Positions 38,012 through 47,671 of a DNA stretch of 64,000 nt are shown here, piece after piece. The notes beneath the pieces were generated by a model. It had not been told where the DNA came from and made no database searches. It saw only the letters and a program-made list of their open reading frames with translations. Source of the stretch: a virus. Lineage: Duplodnaviria > Caudoviricetes. The position numbers and the translations under genes were made by a program. Position 1 is the stretch's first letter; every line of letters begins with the position of its first letter. The stretch is taken from positions 45,993-109,992 of IMG/VR virus record IMGVR_UViG_3300020577_014401; one strand, written 5' to 3'.

Positions 38012-38556
38012 AGCTCGTCCTCCGTTCCCCCGCTCTCAACCCCTTGGACAGGTCTGTCTTGTTTTTCGACATCGATGGTGTTTTCAACTCTCACGAGCGC
38101 CACGGCAACGGCTACTGCGGGACCCGGAAGGACTGCGTGACCAGGCTGAACCGCCTGATCGCCAGGACCGACTGCCTGCTGGTGGCGTCGTCGGCCTGGC
38201 GGTACCTCGTTCTGAGCGGGTCGATGACCGTGGTCGGATTCGAGAACATGCTGCTGACCCACGGTCTCGATTGCCGTAATCGCATCTACGGCGTGACCCG
38301 CCCCGATGCGACTCCGGAGATCACCGATCGAGGCGCCCAGATCAATGAATTCCTCGCATCGGCGGCCGGCGCCGGCATCCGGGCGGCCGCCGCGGTCGAC
38401 GACCGCGAGTTCGACATCCCCCAGTTCCCGATCGCATTCGTCCGGACCGACCCGTGGAAGGGGCTGGACGATGCAGCGGTCGACAAGCTTGTCCTCTTGC
38501 TCGGCGAAAGGCCGGTCAAGGCTGACGACAAGCCGCATGATTGGAGACCAAGATGA
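38008..38556 (+). CDS. HAD-superfamily phosphatase (HAD_SAK_2-like)
   Basis: FFDIDGVFN, SSAWR, RGAQI, AVDD, KGL. Confidence 0.8.
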   Translation: MKLVLRSPALNPLDRSVLFFDIDGVFNSHERHGNGYCGTRKDCVTRLNRLIARTDCLLVASSAWRYLVLSGSMTVVGFENMLLTHGLDCRNRIYGVTRPDATPEITDRGAQINEFLASAAGAGIRAAAAVDDREFDIPQFPIAFVRTDPWKGLDDAAVDKLVLLLGERPVKADDKPHDWRPR

Positions 38557-39059
38557 GTGTGATCGACCTCATTCCGCGCATGACGTGCTACGGCACTTGC
38601 GCGAGATGGAACGTCAACGGGCATGTGTTCTACCAGTTCGCCCCGGCCATGACGGATCCGTATCGGGATGTCGCTCCGTTTCTCAAGAAGGTGGTCGGAC
38701 TCGCGCAGGACGGACAGAAGATGTTCAAGGGGTCGTTGACCCCGCCCGGTTACGCGACCACCGAACCGCTCCACGTCCGCCTGAATTCCGTCCCGGACTG
38801 GGCGGTCAACGATGTCGTGATCGACACCATGTTCCGGTATTGGCCGGAGATGGCTGTCCGCCCGCCGCCCCGGAACGCCAAGATCGGTTTCGACTGGAAG
38901 GTCTGGTGGGACGTCAGTTCATGTGAAGCGGCGTTCATCCGGTACGATCCGAACGGGAAGCCGGTTCCCATCCACACCATCGAACGGAAGCCGCTGGATG
39001 AGATGATCGAGGAGCTGGGTGCCACGTATCATCTTGGGGAGCTGGTCGAATGGCTGTGA
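38553..39059 (+). CDS. Hypothetical protein
   Basis: ATGA coupling; GGAG RBS. Confidence 0.65.
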   Translation: MSVIDLIPRMTCYGTCARWNVNGHVFYQFAPAMTDPYRDVAPFLKKVVGLAQDGQKMFKGSLTPPGYATTEPLHVRLNSVPDWAVNDVVIDTMFRYWPEMAVRPPPRNAKIGFDWKVWWDVSSCEAAFIRYDPNGKPVPIHTIERKPLDEMIEELGATYHLGELVEWL

Positions 39060-39913
39060 AATCGACCAAGAAGTCCCGGCCGATCACGACGCTGACTCCT
39101 TGGTACGGCGGTAACCGGACCCTCGCTGAGAACGTCGGGGAGGCCCTTTCGGGGCGGAAGTGGGTGGCGGTCCCGTTCGCCGGCGGGATGTGCGAGTTGA
39201 GGTACATCAGGGCGTCGACCATCTTGGTGAACGACATGCACCGCCATGTCGTCAATCTCGCCGAGGTCGTTGCCGATCCGAAACTCGGGTCGAAGCTGAT
39301 CCGTAGGCTCCGAAGGACGATCATCCACCCGGATGTCTTGGCCCAGTCGCAGAAGTATTGCGATGCCATCGACGGGGGCGGGCTCCACAATGTCGCCTCG
39401 GAGAACTGGGCGGAGGAATGGGCCTACCGGTACTTCATCTCGGCTTGGATGGGGAGAAACGGCAAAGCCGGCACGAAGGGGGAGTTCAAGGCCGGCATGT
39501 CCGTTCGTTACGACGCCGGCGGCGGCGACTCGGCCATTCGTTTCCGCTCGGCCACGGAGGCTCTGCTGGAGTGGAATCGGATTTTGCGCCGATGCACGTT
39601 TTCGACGCTGGACGCGTTCACGATGTTCGGAAAGTTCAAGGACGACCCCCAGTGCGGTGTCTACGTCGACCCGCCCTTCCCCGGGCCGGGCGATCACTAT
39701 GCCCATACGTTCGGGGAAGCCGGCCAGCGAAAGTTGGCGGCTGAGTTGTCCAGGTTTGAGAAGACGCGGGTCGTGTGCCGGTTCTACGACCACGAGTTGA
39801 TCCGCGAGCTGTACCCTGCACGGCTGTGGCAGTGGAATTTCCAGACTGGCAGGAAGCAGACGCACGAGATGACGAACGAGGAAGTTCTGCTCATCAACCT
39901 GTCGTCGCTGTGA
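39050..39913 (+). CDS. dam: DNA adenine methyltransferase (Dam/D12 class)
   Basis: PWYGGN, PFAGG, VND, YVDPPF, EEVLLIN. Confidence 0.8.
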   Translation: MAVKSTKKSRPITTLTPWYGGNRTLAENVGEALSGRKWVAVPFAGGMCELRYIRASTILVNDMHRHVVNLAEVVADPKLGSKLIRRLRRTIIHPDVLAQSQKYCDAIDGGGLHNVASENWAEEWAYRYFISAWMGRNGKAGTKGEFKAGMSVRYDAGGGDSAIRFRSATEALLEWNRILRRCTFSTLDAFTMFGKFKDDPQCGVYVDPPFPGPGDHYAHTFGEAGQRKLAAELSRFEKTRVVCRFYDHELIRELYPARLWQWNFQTGRKQTHEMTNEEVLLINLSSL

Positions 39914-39955
39914 TATCCGGATATGATGTGCTCAAGGCACACCGAGGTATCGACC

Positions 39956-40477
39956 ATGTTCCAGGCTCTGCAGGGCAACAGGGTTTTCTCGCCGAACCGC
40001 GACATCGTCCAGTTGTTTCCGTTCGTCATCGGTCGGCAGGCCGTTCTCCGGATCGCGGCCCTCCAACTCCCGCCGGCGCTCAAGAAGTACGCCGAGTTCA
40101 CCAATCTCCAGAAGGAGGATCTGATCCAGATCGAGAAGGTGTTCGCCGAGTTCGTCAATCTCAGCGTCCACTACGGTGCGGACAACTGGGGGGCGATCTG
40201 GGAGATGTCCGGGATGGCCAAGCTTCCCCAGGCTTCGATTCTTCTGCTGACGGCGGCCATTGGCGAAGCGACGATGGGGGTCTTCTACAGGTCGGTCCGT
40301 GCCGCGATTCGCGCCGGGTCGTCGCTCCCCGGCGCCCAGCAGCTCGGCGCCCTGGCCGACGTTGCCGCGTCGGTCATTGAAGAGGACCTCCCTTCCAGCA
40401 AGTCCAAGAGGCTCCTCGAGGCCGAGGGCATGGCCCTCCCCGAGATTCTCGACAACAATCCCACGCGGCCCGGCTGA
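39956..40477 (+). CDS. Hypothetical protein
   Basis: GAGG RBS before ATG 39956; alternative start at 39923. Confidence 0.6.
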   Translation: MFQALQGNRVFSPNRDIVQLFPFVIGRQAVLRIAALQLPPALKKYAEFTNLQKEDLIQIEKVFAEFVNLSVHYGADNWGAIWEMSGMAKLPQASILLLTAAIGEATMGVFYRSVRAAIRAGSSLPGAQQLGALADVAASVIEEDLPSSKSKRLLEAEGMALPEILDNNPTRPG

Positions 40478-40503
40478 CCGGGTCGACACCATGAGGAGGC
40501 ATC

Positions 40504-41241
40504 TTGTCCGTTCACGTTCCGCCTTACGACTGTGTTCCATTCGACCGGGATGTGATTCGAAGGTTCCAATCCGACTTCGGCAACTTCCCGGACGACTACT
40601 TCGCGGTCGATCTTGAGACGACCGGTCTCGATCGCCGTTGCGATTCGATTGTCCAGATCGGCATTCTGCCGGTGAAGAACCGCAAGCCGACCGTTTCCAA
40701 GTCGTATGTCGTCGACATCACGCTGGGGCTTTCCGAATACGAGTTGGGCCTCCTCCGGGACAAGCTCAACAAAGTTCGGGCTAGCATGGCCGACCGCGGC
40801 AAGCATTACCAGTGGACGATCGAGCTGCTCCAGAGGTACGGGAAGCCGGCCAAGGAAGTAGCCGAATCCGTCCGTCGCGAGCTCGGTGACTCGCCGTACT
40901 GCGTGGCCCACTATGGCTGGCAGTTCGACTTCCCGTGGCTGTTCCAGTTTCTCGCCGACAACGGCTACAGCTTCGACGCCGATGTCGGGGATCTTTACGA
41001 CACCTGCCTGATGACCAAGGCCGGTATCGATGGGGTGCATCCCAGATACCCCGAGCGGATTCAGGACTATTACGCGAAGCTCAACAACCATCGCACCAAA
41101 GTCGGGTGCAAGCTCGAAGACTGCATCGAGCGGTTCGGGTTGAACTCCGCCGGCGTTTCCACCGGGTCGACCCATGTCGCCGACTACGACGCGTGGTGCG
41201 CCCATCTGATCTTCGAAAAGCACCGGGAGGCCGCCGGATGA
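40504..41241 (+). CDS. DEDDh 3'-5' exonuclease (DnaQ-like)
   Basis: DLETTGLD, HYGWQFD, DT, HVADYDA. Confidence 0.88.
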   Translation: MSVHVPPYDCVPFDRDVIRRFQSDFGNFPDDYFAVDLETTGLDRRCDSIVQIGILPVKNRKPTVSKSYVVDITLGLSEYELGLLRDKLNKVRASMADRGKHYQWTIELLQRYGKPAKEVAESVRRELGDSPYCVAHYGWQFDFPWLFQFLADNGYSFDADVGDLYDTCLMTKAGIDGVHPRYPERIQDYYAKLNNHRTKVGCKLEDCIERFGLNSAGVSTGSTHVADYDAWCAHLIFEKHREAAG

Positions 41242-41900
41242 GGACCAATTTCCACACCGATCCGTCGGCTTTCGGGGCGTCTCTGCCCGACAAGGATCGG
41301 AAACGGTTGGTGCTCGGCATCGACCTCGGCACCAACTGCGGCATTTCGTTCTCGCTGTACCAGCCCGGCGACCCGGTTTCCCCGTCGCTCATTCAAGCCC
41401 GTCACATGGGGCAGTGGGACCTGTCGGCCGGGCCGTATGACAGCGGGGCCATCCGATTTCTCCGGTTGCGGCATTTCCTGTCGGCGGTCCGGCCGGATCT
41501 GGTCTTTTACGAAGATGTGAAGTTCGACCCGCCCGGCATCAACAAGATGAACGCCGGGGCTGTCTTGGCGCGGACGGCCACTTCGAGTGAGTTCTTGGGG
41601 GCGCTCAAGGCCACGGTTGCGACTTGGTGCGAGGAGCACGATGTTCCGTGTTCCGGATTCAAGATCGGTACGATCAAGAAGCGGGCCACCGGTCGTGGGA
41701 ACGCCAACAAGGAGCAGATGATCGAGGCCTGCAACAAGATGTTCGGGTCGTCGTTCGAGACCGAAGGGTACGAAACGACCGGCGTCGACAACATCGCGGA
41801 CTCGGCGTTTGTGTGCCTTCTCGGTCTCGAGCAATATGCTGACGGTCTGCCGCCTGTCGGAGGAGACGTCGATGTCGGAACAGAAGAGGCTCAAGCCTGA
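41238..41900 (+). CDS. ruvC: RuvC-like Holliday junction resolvase
   Basis: LGIDLG, YEDV, IKKRATGRGNANKEQM, DNIADS. Confidence 0.85.
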   Translation: MRTNFHTDPSAFGASLPDKDRKRLVLGIDLGTNCGISFSLYQPGDPVSPSLIQARHMGQWDLSAGPYDSGAIRFLRLRHFLSAVRPDLVFYEDVKFDPPGINKMNAGAVLARTATSSEFLGALKATVATWCEEHDVPCSGFKIGTIKKRATGRGNANKEQMIEACNKMFGSSFETEGYETTGVDNIADSAFVCLLGLEQYADGLPPVGGDVDVGTEEAQA

Positions 41901-42528
41901 GTTTGTCGGCACCGCTGAGTTGCCGTGGTCCGAGGGGACTCACCGCGGCAACGATGTCAGCGACGACTTGGACACGGCTCTTCGGGAAGGTCGGTGGACT
42001 CTCACCGGCCTGGCCCAAGACCATGTCTTTTACTCGGCAGCTCTTCTGCAGATGAGCGGGGTTGTCGCAGACCCCGTCAGCATTTACTGGGCGGAAAACA
42101 ATCTCGATCTCAAGGAATCGCCGCTCTGCCTTCAAGTCGACAAGTGTTTGTTCCAGGGGTTGCCGGTTCCGATCGACCGCATGGTCTTCGCATGCCCCAA
42201 GCATCTGGCTGCCGGACTGCTGAGGTTCCTCGACCGGTTCGCGGTCGGGGACCCCTATCAGGGCAACTACTGGGAGTCTGTTCACCAAATCCGCAGTCTG
42301 GTCGACTGGAAGTTGGTCGGGAACATGACGGTCGTCCCCGATCGTCCTCCGTCCGTTGACATCCACATGTACGGGATGATGAACCGGGAAAAGATGCTTC
42401 TCTGGAGGAATCCGAAAGACCCATGGAAAGAAGCGATCTGGCTGGGGGAACTCCCCCGCCCCAAGAAACGGAAAACCGAGGAGTCGAACAACCGTCGGTC
42501 GAACCCGAGGTTCGGGCCGGCCCGGTGA
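41872..42528 (+). CDS. Hypothetical protein
   Basis: GGAGGAG RBS. Confidence 0.6.
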   Translation: MSEQKRLKPEFVGTAELPWSEGTHRGNDVSDDLDTALREGRWTLTGLAQDHVFYSAALLQMSGVVADPVSIYWAENNLDLKESPLCLQVDKCLFQGLPVPIDRMVFACPKHLAAGLLRFLDRFAVGDPYQGNYWESVHQIRSLVDWKLVGNMTVVPDRPPSVDIHMYGMMNREKMLLWRNPKDPWKEAIWLGELPRPKKRKTEESNNRRSNPRFGPAR

Positions 42529-42851
42529 CTGATCGGTTCCGGTACCACATGCTGACTGTCGATGGCCCGACCGGCATCCCGGTTTTCAAGTCGTTTGAAA
42601 AGAAGGAAGAACTGGTCGCGGCCGTCCGGGAGTATTACCGCCGCGTCATGAGCGGGGACTTCGGTGTTTCCCAATCCATTTGGATGTTCGAAGGGCACCG
42701 GATTCGGATGGTCGGCGACCCCATTCGCAGGCTCTTGTTCGAGGACGGTTCGCGAGAGATCGTCATCGATGAGGCTCCCATGGCGGCCGACGAGACCAAG
42801 CTCCTGCCCCCGTCGGTGCGAATCAAGTTGCTCCCCAAGCCGCCCGTCTAA
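42525..42851 (+). CDS. Hypothetical protein
   Basis: GTGA coupling. Confidence 0.55.
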   Translation: MTDRFRYHMLTVDGPTGIPVFKSFEKKEELVAAVREYYRRVMSGDFGVSQSIWMFEGHRIRMVGDPIRRLLFEDGSREIVIDEAPMAADETKLLPPSVRIKLLPKPPV

Positions 42852-42900
42852 ACAGATTCGTCAACCTCGTCATTATTGTTCGAGCGGCCGTGTTCGGCCG
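42849..42900 (+). promoter_or_regulatory. Promoter-like motif TAAA-N16-GTCATTAT + hairpin
   Basis: Same architecture as 5741, 58723 and 63650. Confidence 0.5.
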
Positions 42901-42925
42901 TTTCATCACCATGAGGGGGTTCGAC

Positions 42926-43762
42926 ATGTCGCAGCAGCAACAGGCGGAACGGAAGCAGCACCGCGAGGGGCTCGATCAGACGGTCGAGAAGCGGGTGCAA
43001 TTGTTGCGGGATCGCGCGGCGTCCCAGTACGTGTTCGGCGACGAGCAGCACACCATCTTTTCGTGGGCCGGCGGCGTCGACGGCCGCTGGTCTTCCACCG
43101 TGGAGATCGGCAATGTCAGGCGGTACCTGCGCAACCTGGCGGTGATCGCCGTCGGCTACTCCGGGTGCCCCGACAAGAATTCGGCCGGCGCTCCGGAACT
43201 CGTCACCGCCATCGCTCCGGTGCGGTTCGAGTCGCTCGGCGACGCGGGCGGTGTCGACGTGTTCATCGAGACGCCACCGGAGGTCCGGACCTTCTCCAAG
43301 TCCCGGAACTTCGACCGGCATCCGTTCGGGCACATCGAAGAACGGTGGACGGCGGCGGCCGGTTTCCTCGCCGAGCAGCTGATGACTCTGCTGACTCACG
43401 CCCGCGGCGAGTCGATCCGGCAGAATCATCTTCTCTACGGGAAGACAGCGGTCCGGTTCCCCAAACTGACCGTCACCATCCCGGGTGAGACGAACGCCGA
43501 TGGCATTCCGTCCGTTCCGCAGTACGTCCATCTCGACACGCTCAGCGACTCCCAGTTGGATCAACTGATGTCGCTCGTCACTCCCGAGTTGGTGTGCTTC
43601 GACATGGACACGCTCGGCCACGCGTACGACATCCGCGGTTGGGACAAGTCCAACCAGCGGCTTCGTCCGGAGTACAGTGTCTGCCCGTGGTTCGTGATGC
43701 CGACGAACATCCGCACGGTGTTCGCCGACGTCGGTGTCGGGACGGCTCGCTGGTGGATGTGA
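42926..43762 (+). CDS. Hypothetical protein
   Basis: GAGGGG RBS; protein-like composition. Confidence 0.65.
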   Translation: MSQQQQAERKQHREGLDQTVEKRVQLLRDRAASQYVFGDEQHTIFSWAGGVDGRWSSTVEIGNVRRYLRNLAVIAVGYSGCPDKNSAGAPELVTAIAPVRFESLGDAGGVDVFIETPPEVRTFSKSRNFDRHPFGHIEERWTAAAGFLAEQLMTLLTHARGESIRQNHLLYGKTAVRFPKLTVTIPGETNADGIPSVPQYVHLDTLSDSQLDQLMSLVTPELVCFDMDTLGHAYDIRGWDKSNQRLRPEYSVCPWFVMPTNIRTVFADVGVGTARWWM

Positions 43763-43870
43763 AAACCACTGGCAGCTCTGTCGAGTTGCAACTATACTTG
43801 GTGTGCGGTCTTACGACCGCACGCCTTTTTCTTAGCCGTTGTCGACACCAAGGTTTGAGGCGACGCCCAG

Positions 43871-44659
43871 ATGTACGGGACCGACATCTCCGATATCCCC
43901 ATCCTGGACGACCAAGAACAAGTTGACGACCATGTCGACGACTTGGCCGGAGACGACGCCCAACTTCGACGGATGCTGGAGGACGACAGTCCTTCCGACG
44001 AGCAACTCCGGTTCGTCGGCGCCGGCGGTTGGCTGGCTCCACCGTCGGACCGTTCCGACTGTGGCGGCATCCCCAAAGGCATGCCGACCGACAAAGTCGA
44101 CGGTCACAAGATCGAAGTGTTCCGGTTCAACGACAAGGGCGGCCAGTCCTTGATGGCGGAATACTCGATCGACGGGCTCAACGACCAAGATGTCCGGGAG
44201 ATCTTCGACAAGTACAAACTCAAGGACGGTGAATCGCGATCCCTGCAAGAATCCACCATGAACGCCATCAAGGCGATGCAGGAAGTCCAGAAGCTGAAAC
44301 AGTCCAAGCGGAAAGCCGCGGCACTTCCCAAGGCTGGACGCACTTCCCAACACCGAGAGACGGCAACCATGCCTGAACCGCGTAAATCCCGTGTCGAGGT
44401 CGCTTTCGATTTCGGCGGTCTCGACGGAGTCCGCCGAGCCAGGTACACCGACGCCTACGTTTCCGACTCGCTTCTCGTTCTTGTGGCCGATGACAGCCTC
44501 GTCGATTCCGGTGTCTGGGAGCCGCCCGATCTCGGCCCCGAGGTCAAGTTCGAAGTGAAAATCTCCGGCCACCCGGAGCCGCTTCGTGTGTTTTCCTGTG
44601 GACTCCGGCATCAGTATGGTGGCAACATGTTCTACTTGTTGTTCCTCGACGCCAGTTGA
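43871..44659 (+). CDS. Hypothetical acidic protein
   Basis: GAGG RBS; immediately upstream of the portal candidate. Confidence 0.65.
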   Translation: MYGTDISDIPILDDQEQVDDHVDDLAGDDAQLRRMLEDDSPSDEQLRFVGAGGWLAPPSDRSDCGGIPKGMPTDKVDGHKIEVFRFNDKGGQSLMAEYSIDGLNDQDVREIFDKYKLKDGESRSLQESTMNAIKAMQEVQKLKQSKRKAAALPKAGRTSQHRETATMPEPRKSRVEVAFDFGGLDGVRRARYTDAYVSDSLLVLVADDSLVDSGVWEPPDLGPEVKFEVKISGHPEPLRVFSCGLRHQYGGNMFYLLFLDAS

Positions 44660-46638
44660 GTGAGGCCGCCATTAACTTCTACGGCCATTCCCCGGTCATC
44701 AACCCGTCGTTCGACGGCGTCGCCCCGTTTGCGGACCCGTATTGGGATTACGCGGCCGGGCTGATGCCGGTGAGCGTGCCCGGGATGCTCCGCCACGCCG
44801 AGTGGTTCAGCATCTCCGATGACACGCTGCGGTCGGCTTACAACCGTGCGGCGTCTTACTTCCTCACGGACATCAAGGTTGAAGGTGAGATCGGCGGGGA
44901 CGAGAAGAAACGGCAGAAGGAATATCTCGTCGACCAGGCCCAGGTCCCTTCGTTTCTTCACAAGTCCGCGATCGATTTGCTCACCTACGCGAACAGCTAT
45001 TCCAGCGTCTTCCACCCGATCATGCGGTACGTTTCGTGCCCGGGGTACATCAAGGACGGGTCGGCCCCGGCGAGGCGATGTGGATCACGGTGGCGGCTTG
45101 CCGAGTTCGACACCAATCCGGTGTTCGATTTCAGTTGGAGGGCCGGCATCTACGGGCGGTGCCCGCGGTGCGGGTACTCGGGTGTATTCCACGACAAGGA
45201 CCGCCCCCCTGTCGATGAGCTCGACTCGTCCCGGCCTCTGATCTTGAAGAGGTGGAACCCTCACGACATCCGTCCGGTTTACAACTCGGCGCTCGAGACC
45301 ACGGCGGCCTTCGACTGGGTCATCCCGGCCGATGTCAGGACGGACGCCAAGCTGGGCGTCAACAAGCCGTTCCTCGAGGATACTCCTTGGGAATGGATCA
45401 TGGCGGCTTGCGGCAACGACAACGTCAGGTTCACCAAGGACTTGATCTACCACTGGGTCGAGGGCACGCTCGCGGGTATCCGTACCCGCGGGATCGGCAT
45501 TCCTCGCGCCATCGTCAGTTATCGAAGGGCGATTTACCACCGGATTTTGCAGCGGATGAACGAGGTGCTCGCTTACGGGCATGTCGTGCCGATGCGGACG
45601 ATCAGCCCCGCCAACACCAGCGGCAGGGACGATCAGGGTGACATTCTCAAAGTCAGCCACATGGGCGGGGTGAAGGCGAACGTCAATCGCATGATTGCAG
45701 CCTGGAGGGCCGATCCGTCGAGCATCCATTTCTCGCCGGTCCCGCTCCAGTTCCAGTCGCTTGGTGCCGACGCCCGGCAGCTGATCCCGGCGGACATCAT
45801 CAACCAGGCTCAAGAGGGTTTGCTCAACGGCATCGACATGCCGGTCGATTTCTACCGGTCCAACATGACCATGCAGAACGCTCCGGCCGGTCTTCGGTTG
45901 GTCGAATCGGTTTGGACGCAGTTCGTCGCCGGCATGAACGGACTTCTCAAGTTCATCGGGGGGCGAGCTCAGTTCCTTCTGAAGTGGCAGGAGGCGTCTT
46001 ACAAGATGGCCCGCGTCACTTTGATCGACTCGATTGAGAAGAGCCAGTTGCGGGTCCAGATGGCCCAGGCCGGTCTCATCAGCCGCAGCACGGCGTTGGA
46101 AGAAGTCGACAAGGATTTCACCGACGAGACTCGGCTCAAACTCGACGATCAACGGACCGAGCAGCGGCTCCAGCAGGAGTTCGAGGAGGAGAACGACGCC
46201 TACGCGTTCAGCCGGCAGCTCGCCGGTCTCCAAGGCTCGTTCCCCGGCGCTCCGGGTGCGGCCGGCGGCGGCCAGCCGGCCCCCGCGGGCGGGGGTGGAG
46301 GCGGCGGCGGTCAGCCGGATCCGAGTCAGCAAGCCGGGCCGGGTGGGCCGCAGCAACTCGCCGGAACTCCGGCCGGACAGAATCCTTTGCAGTCGATGAT
46401 TCCCCAGCCGGGTAATAAGATCGATCCCAGGGAATATATGGCGATGGCTCAGCAGGCCGCGAAGTACCTGCTGACGATCGACGAGTCGCAGCGTTACCAG
46501 ATGCTCCGGCAGATCGAACAAGCCAACCCTGATTTCCATGTGGTGGTCAAGGCTCAGCTCGAGAAGTCTCGATCCAAGATGAAGAGCCAAGGGTACCAGA
46601 TGGTCCAGTCTCAAATGTCTCAAGGCGGCCAAAGGTGA
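44656..46638 (+). CDS. Probable phage portal protein with Zn-ribbon insertion and Gly/Pro/Gln-rich tail
   Basis: Size and helical character; KRWNPHDI, GIGIPRA..ILQRMNEVLA..VPMRTISP and GLISRSTAL resemble portal patterns. Not verified by search. Confidence 0.55.
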   Translation: MSEAAINFYGHSPVINPSFDGVAPFADPYWDYAAGLMPVSVPGMLRHAEWFSISDDTLRSAYNRAASYFLTDIKVEGEIGGDEKKRQKEYLVDQAQVPSFLHKSAIDLLTYANSYSSVFHPIMRYVSCPGYIKDGSAPARRCGSRWRLAEFDTNPVFDFSWRAGIYGRCPRCGYSGVFHDKDRPPVDELDSSRPLILKRWNPHDIRPVYNSALETTAAFDWVIPADVRTDAKLGVNKPFLEDTPWEWIMAACGNDNVRFTKDLIYHWVEGTLAGIRTRGIGIPRAIVSYRRAIYHRILQRMNEVLAYGHVVPMRTISPANTSGRDDQGDILKVSHMGGVKANVNRMIAAWRADPSSIHFSPVPLQFQSLGADARQLIPADIINQAQEGLLNGIDMPVDFYRSNMTMQNAPAGLRLVESVWTQFVAGMNGLLKFIGGRAQFLLKWQEASYKMARVTLIDSIEKSQLRVQMAQAGLISRSTALEEVDKDFTDETRLKLDDQRTEQRLQQEFEEENDAYAFSRQLAGLQGSFPGAPGAAGGGQPAPAGGGGGGGGQPDPSQQAGPGGPQQLAGTPAGQNPLQSMIPQPGNKIDPREYMAMAQQAAKYLLTIDESQRYQMLRQIEQANPDFHVVVKAQLEKSRSKMKSQGYQMVQSQMSQGGQR

Positions 46639-46728
46639 GTTCTTGACGAGCTCGAGAATTGATTCTGGAGGCCGTCAAGGCCACCTAGAAAAACCAAACA
46701 ACAAGGCCAATAAACACCGGGGGTTCGC

Positions 46729-47664
46729 GTGTCGTCGACGCACAATCGGTCGTATTGCCCGGTCTGCGGCAATACGCTTTTCTTCAACACCATCTCTTCC
46801 AAACCTCACGTCGCCGTGCAGTGCGATGTGTGCAAACTCGGGATCGAATCGCACTTGGCGATCCGGCCCGATGCATACCTCCGCAAGCAGTATGACCAGG
46901 TGCGGGACGCCGGGGCCGGTGCCGATCGATGGGCCAGGTTTCACCATGACTCCGCAGTGGCCGCTCTCCGGTTCTCCCAATTGTCCGATGCGATATCCGG
47001 CTATTCGCGAGGTGCCGTCTGGGTCGACGTCGGCTGCGGCAACGGAGCGCTCTTGTGCGAGGCCCGCCGGCTTGGGTGGATCCCTTGCGGGATTGAGAGC
47101 GACCCTGGTACTTGCGAAGAGATCAAGTCCATGACCGGTGTGCCGGTCTTTCCATATTCGAGCTGGGTCGATTTCTCGATCGGCCGCGCCTCGGTCGGGT
47201 TGGTCGACGTTGTGTCGTTTTTCGACTCGCTGGAGCACATGCTGGACCCGGTCGGTGCTGTTCTCGTGGCCGCCAGCCGCCTGTCCAGCCGGGGTGCGAT
47301 CGTCATCGAAGCCCCCGATCTCGGTGGCGGCCCGGTCGACGAGTTGTGGTTCCGCGACTGGAAGCATCGCCGCGTGATCGAAGAGTTCACTGAACACATT
47401 TGGCACTTCTCCCACCGGTCTCTCGAAGAGCTGCGGAAAAGGCATCTGCCGGAGTTCGAGTCGGTCCTGACCGCCTCTCCCCTTGAGGGCCGACTTCAGG
47501 TTGTCTGGCGGGCACCGGCAAGCTCCAAGGGAAGCCCCGAGCTCGATTTCGAGGATGAGGTCTCGCAACTCATCCGTGACCAGCGTGTCGAAGTTGAGGC
47601 TCGGAAGGAGCCCGAAGAGCCGCAATCGTTGGCGTTCACTCTGGACACTCTCAACATCAAGTGA
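46729..47664 (+). CDS. Class I SAM methyltransferase (Methyltransf_23-like) with N-terminal CxxC motifs
   Basis: CPVCG, CDVC, VDVGCGNG, FDSLEHMLDP, EHIWHFS. Confidence 0.85.
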   Translation: MSSTHNRSYCPVCGNTLFFNTISSKPHVAVQCDVCKLGIESHLAIRPDAYLRKQYDQVRDAGAGADRWARFHHDSAVAALRFSQLSDAISGYSRGAVWVDVGCGNGALLCEARRLGWIPCGIESDPGTCEEIKSMTGVPVFPYSSWVDFSIGRASVGLVDVVSFFDSLEHMLDPVGAVLVAASRLSSRGAIVIEAPDLGGGPVDELWFRDWKHRRVIEEFTEHIWHFSHRSLEELRKRHLPEFESVLTASPLEGRLQVVWRAPASSKGSPELDFEDEVSQLIRDQRVEVEARKEPEEPQSLAFTLDTLNIK

Positions 47665-47671
47665 GCACATC

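Noticed and set aside
41238-41900. RuvC as a transposase or Cas nuclease
   Set aside because: Short standalone resolvase with the canonical KK.ATG.GNA.K motif and no flanking repeats.
46642-46679. Imperfect hairpin after the portal gene
   Set aside because: No U-tract and a single copy; insufficient support for a function.
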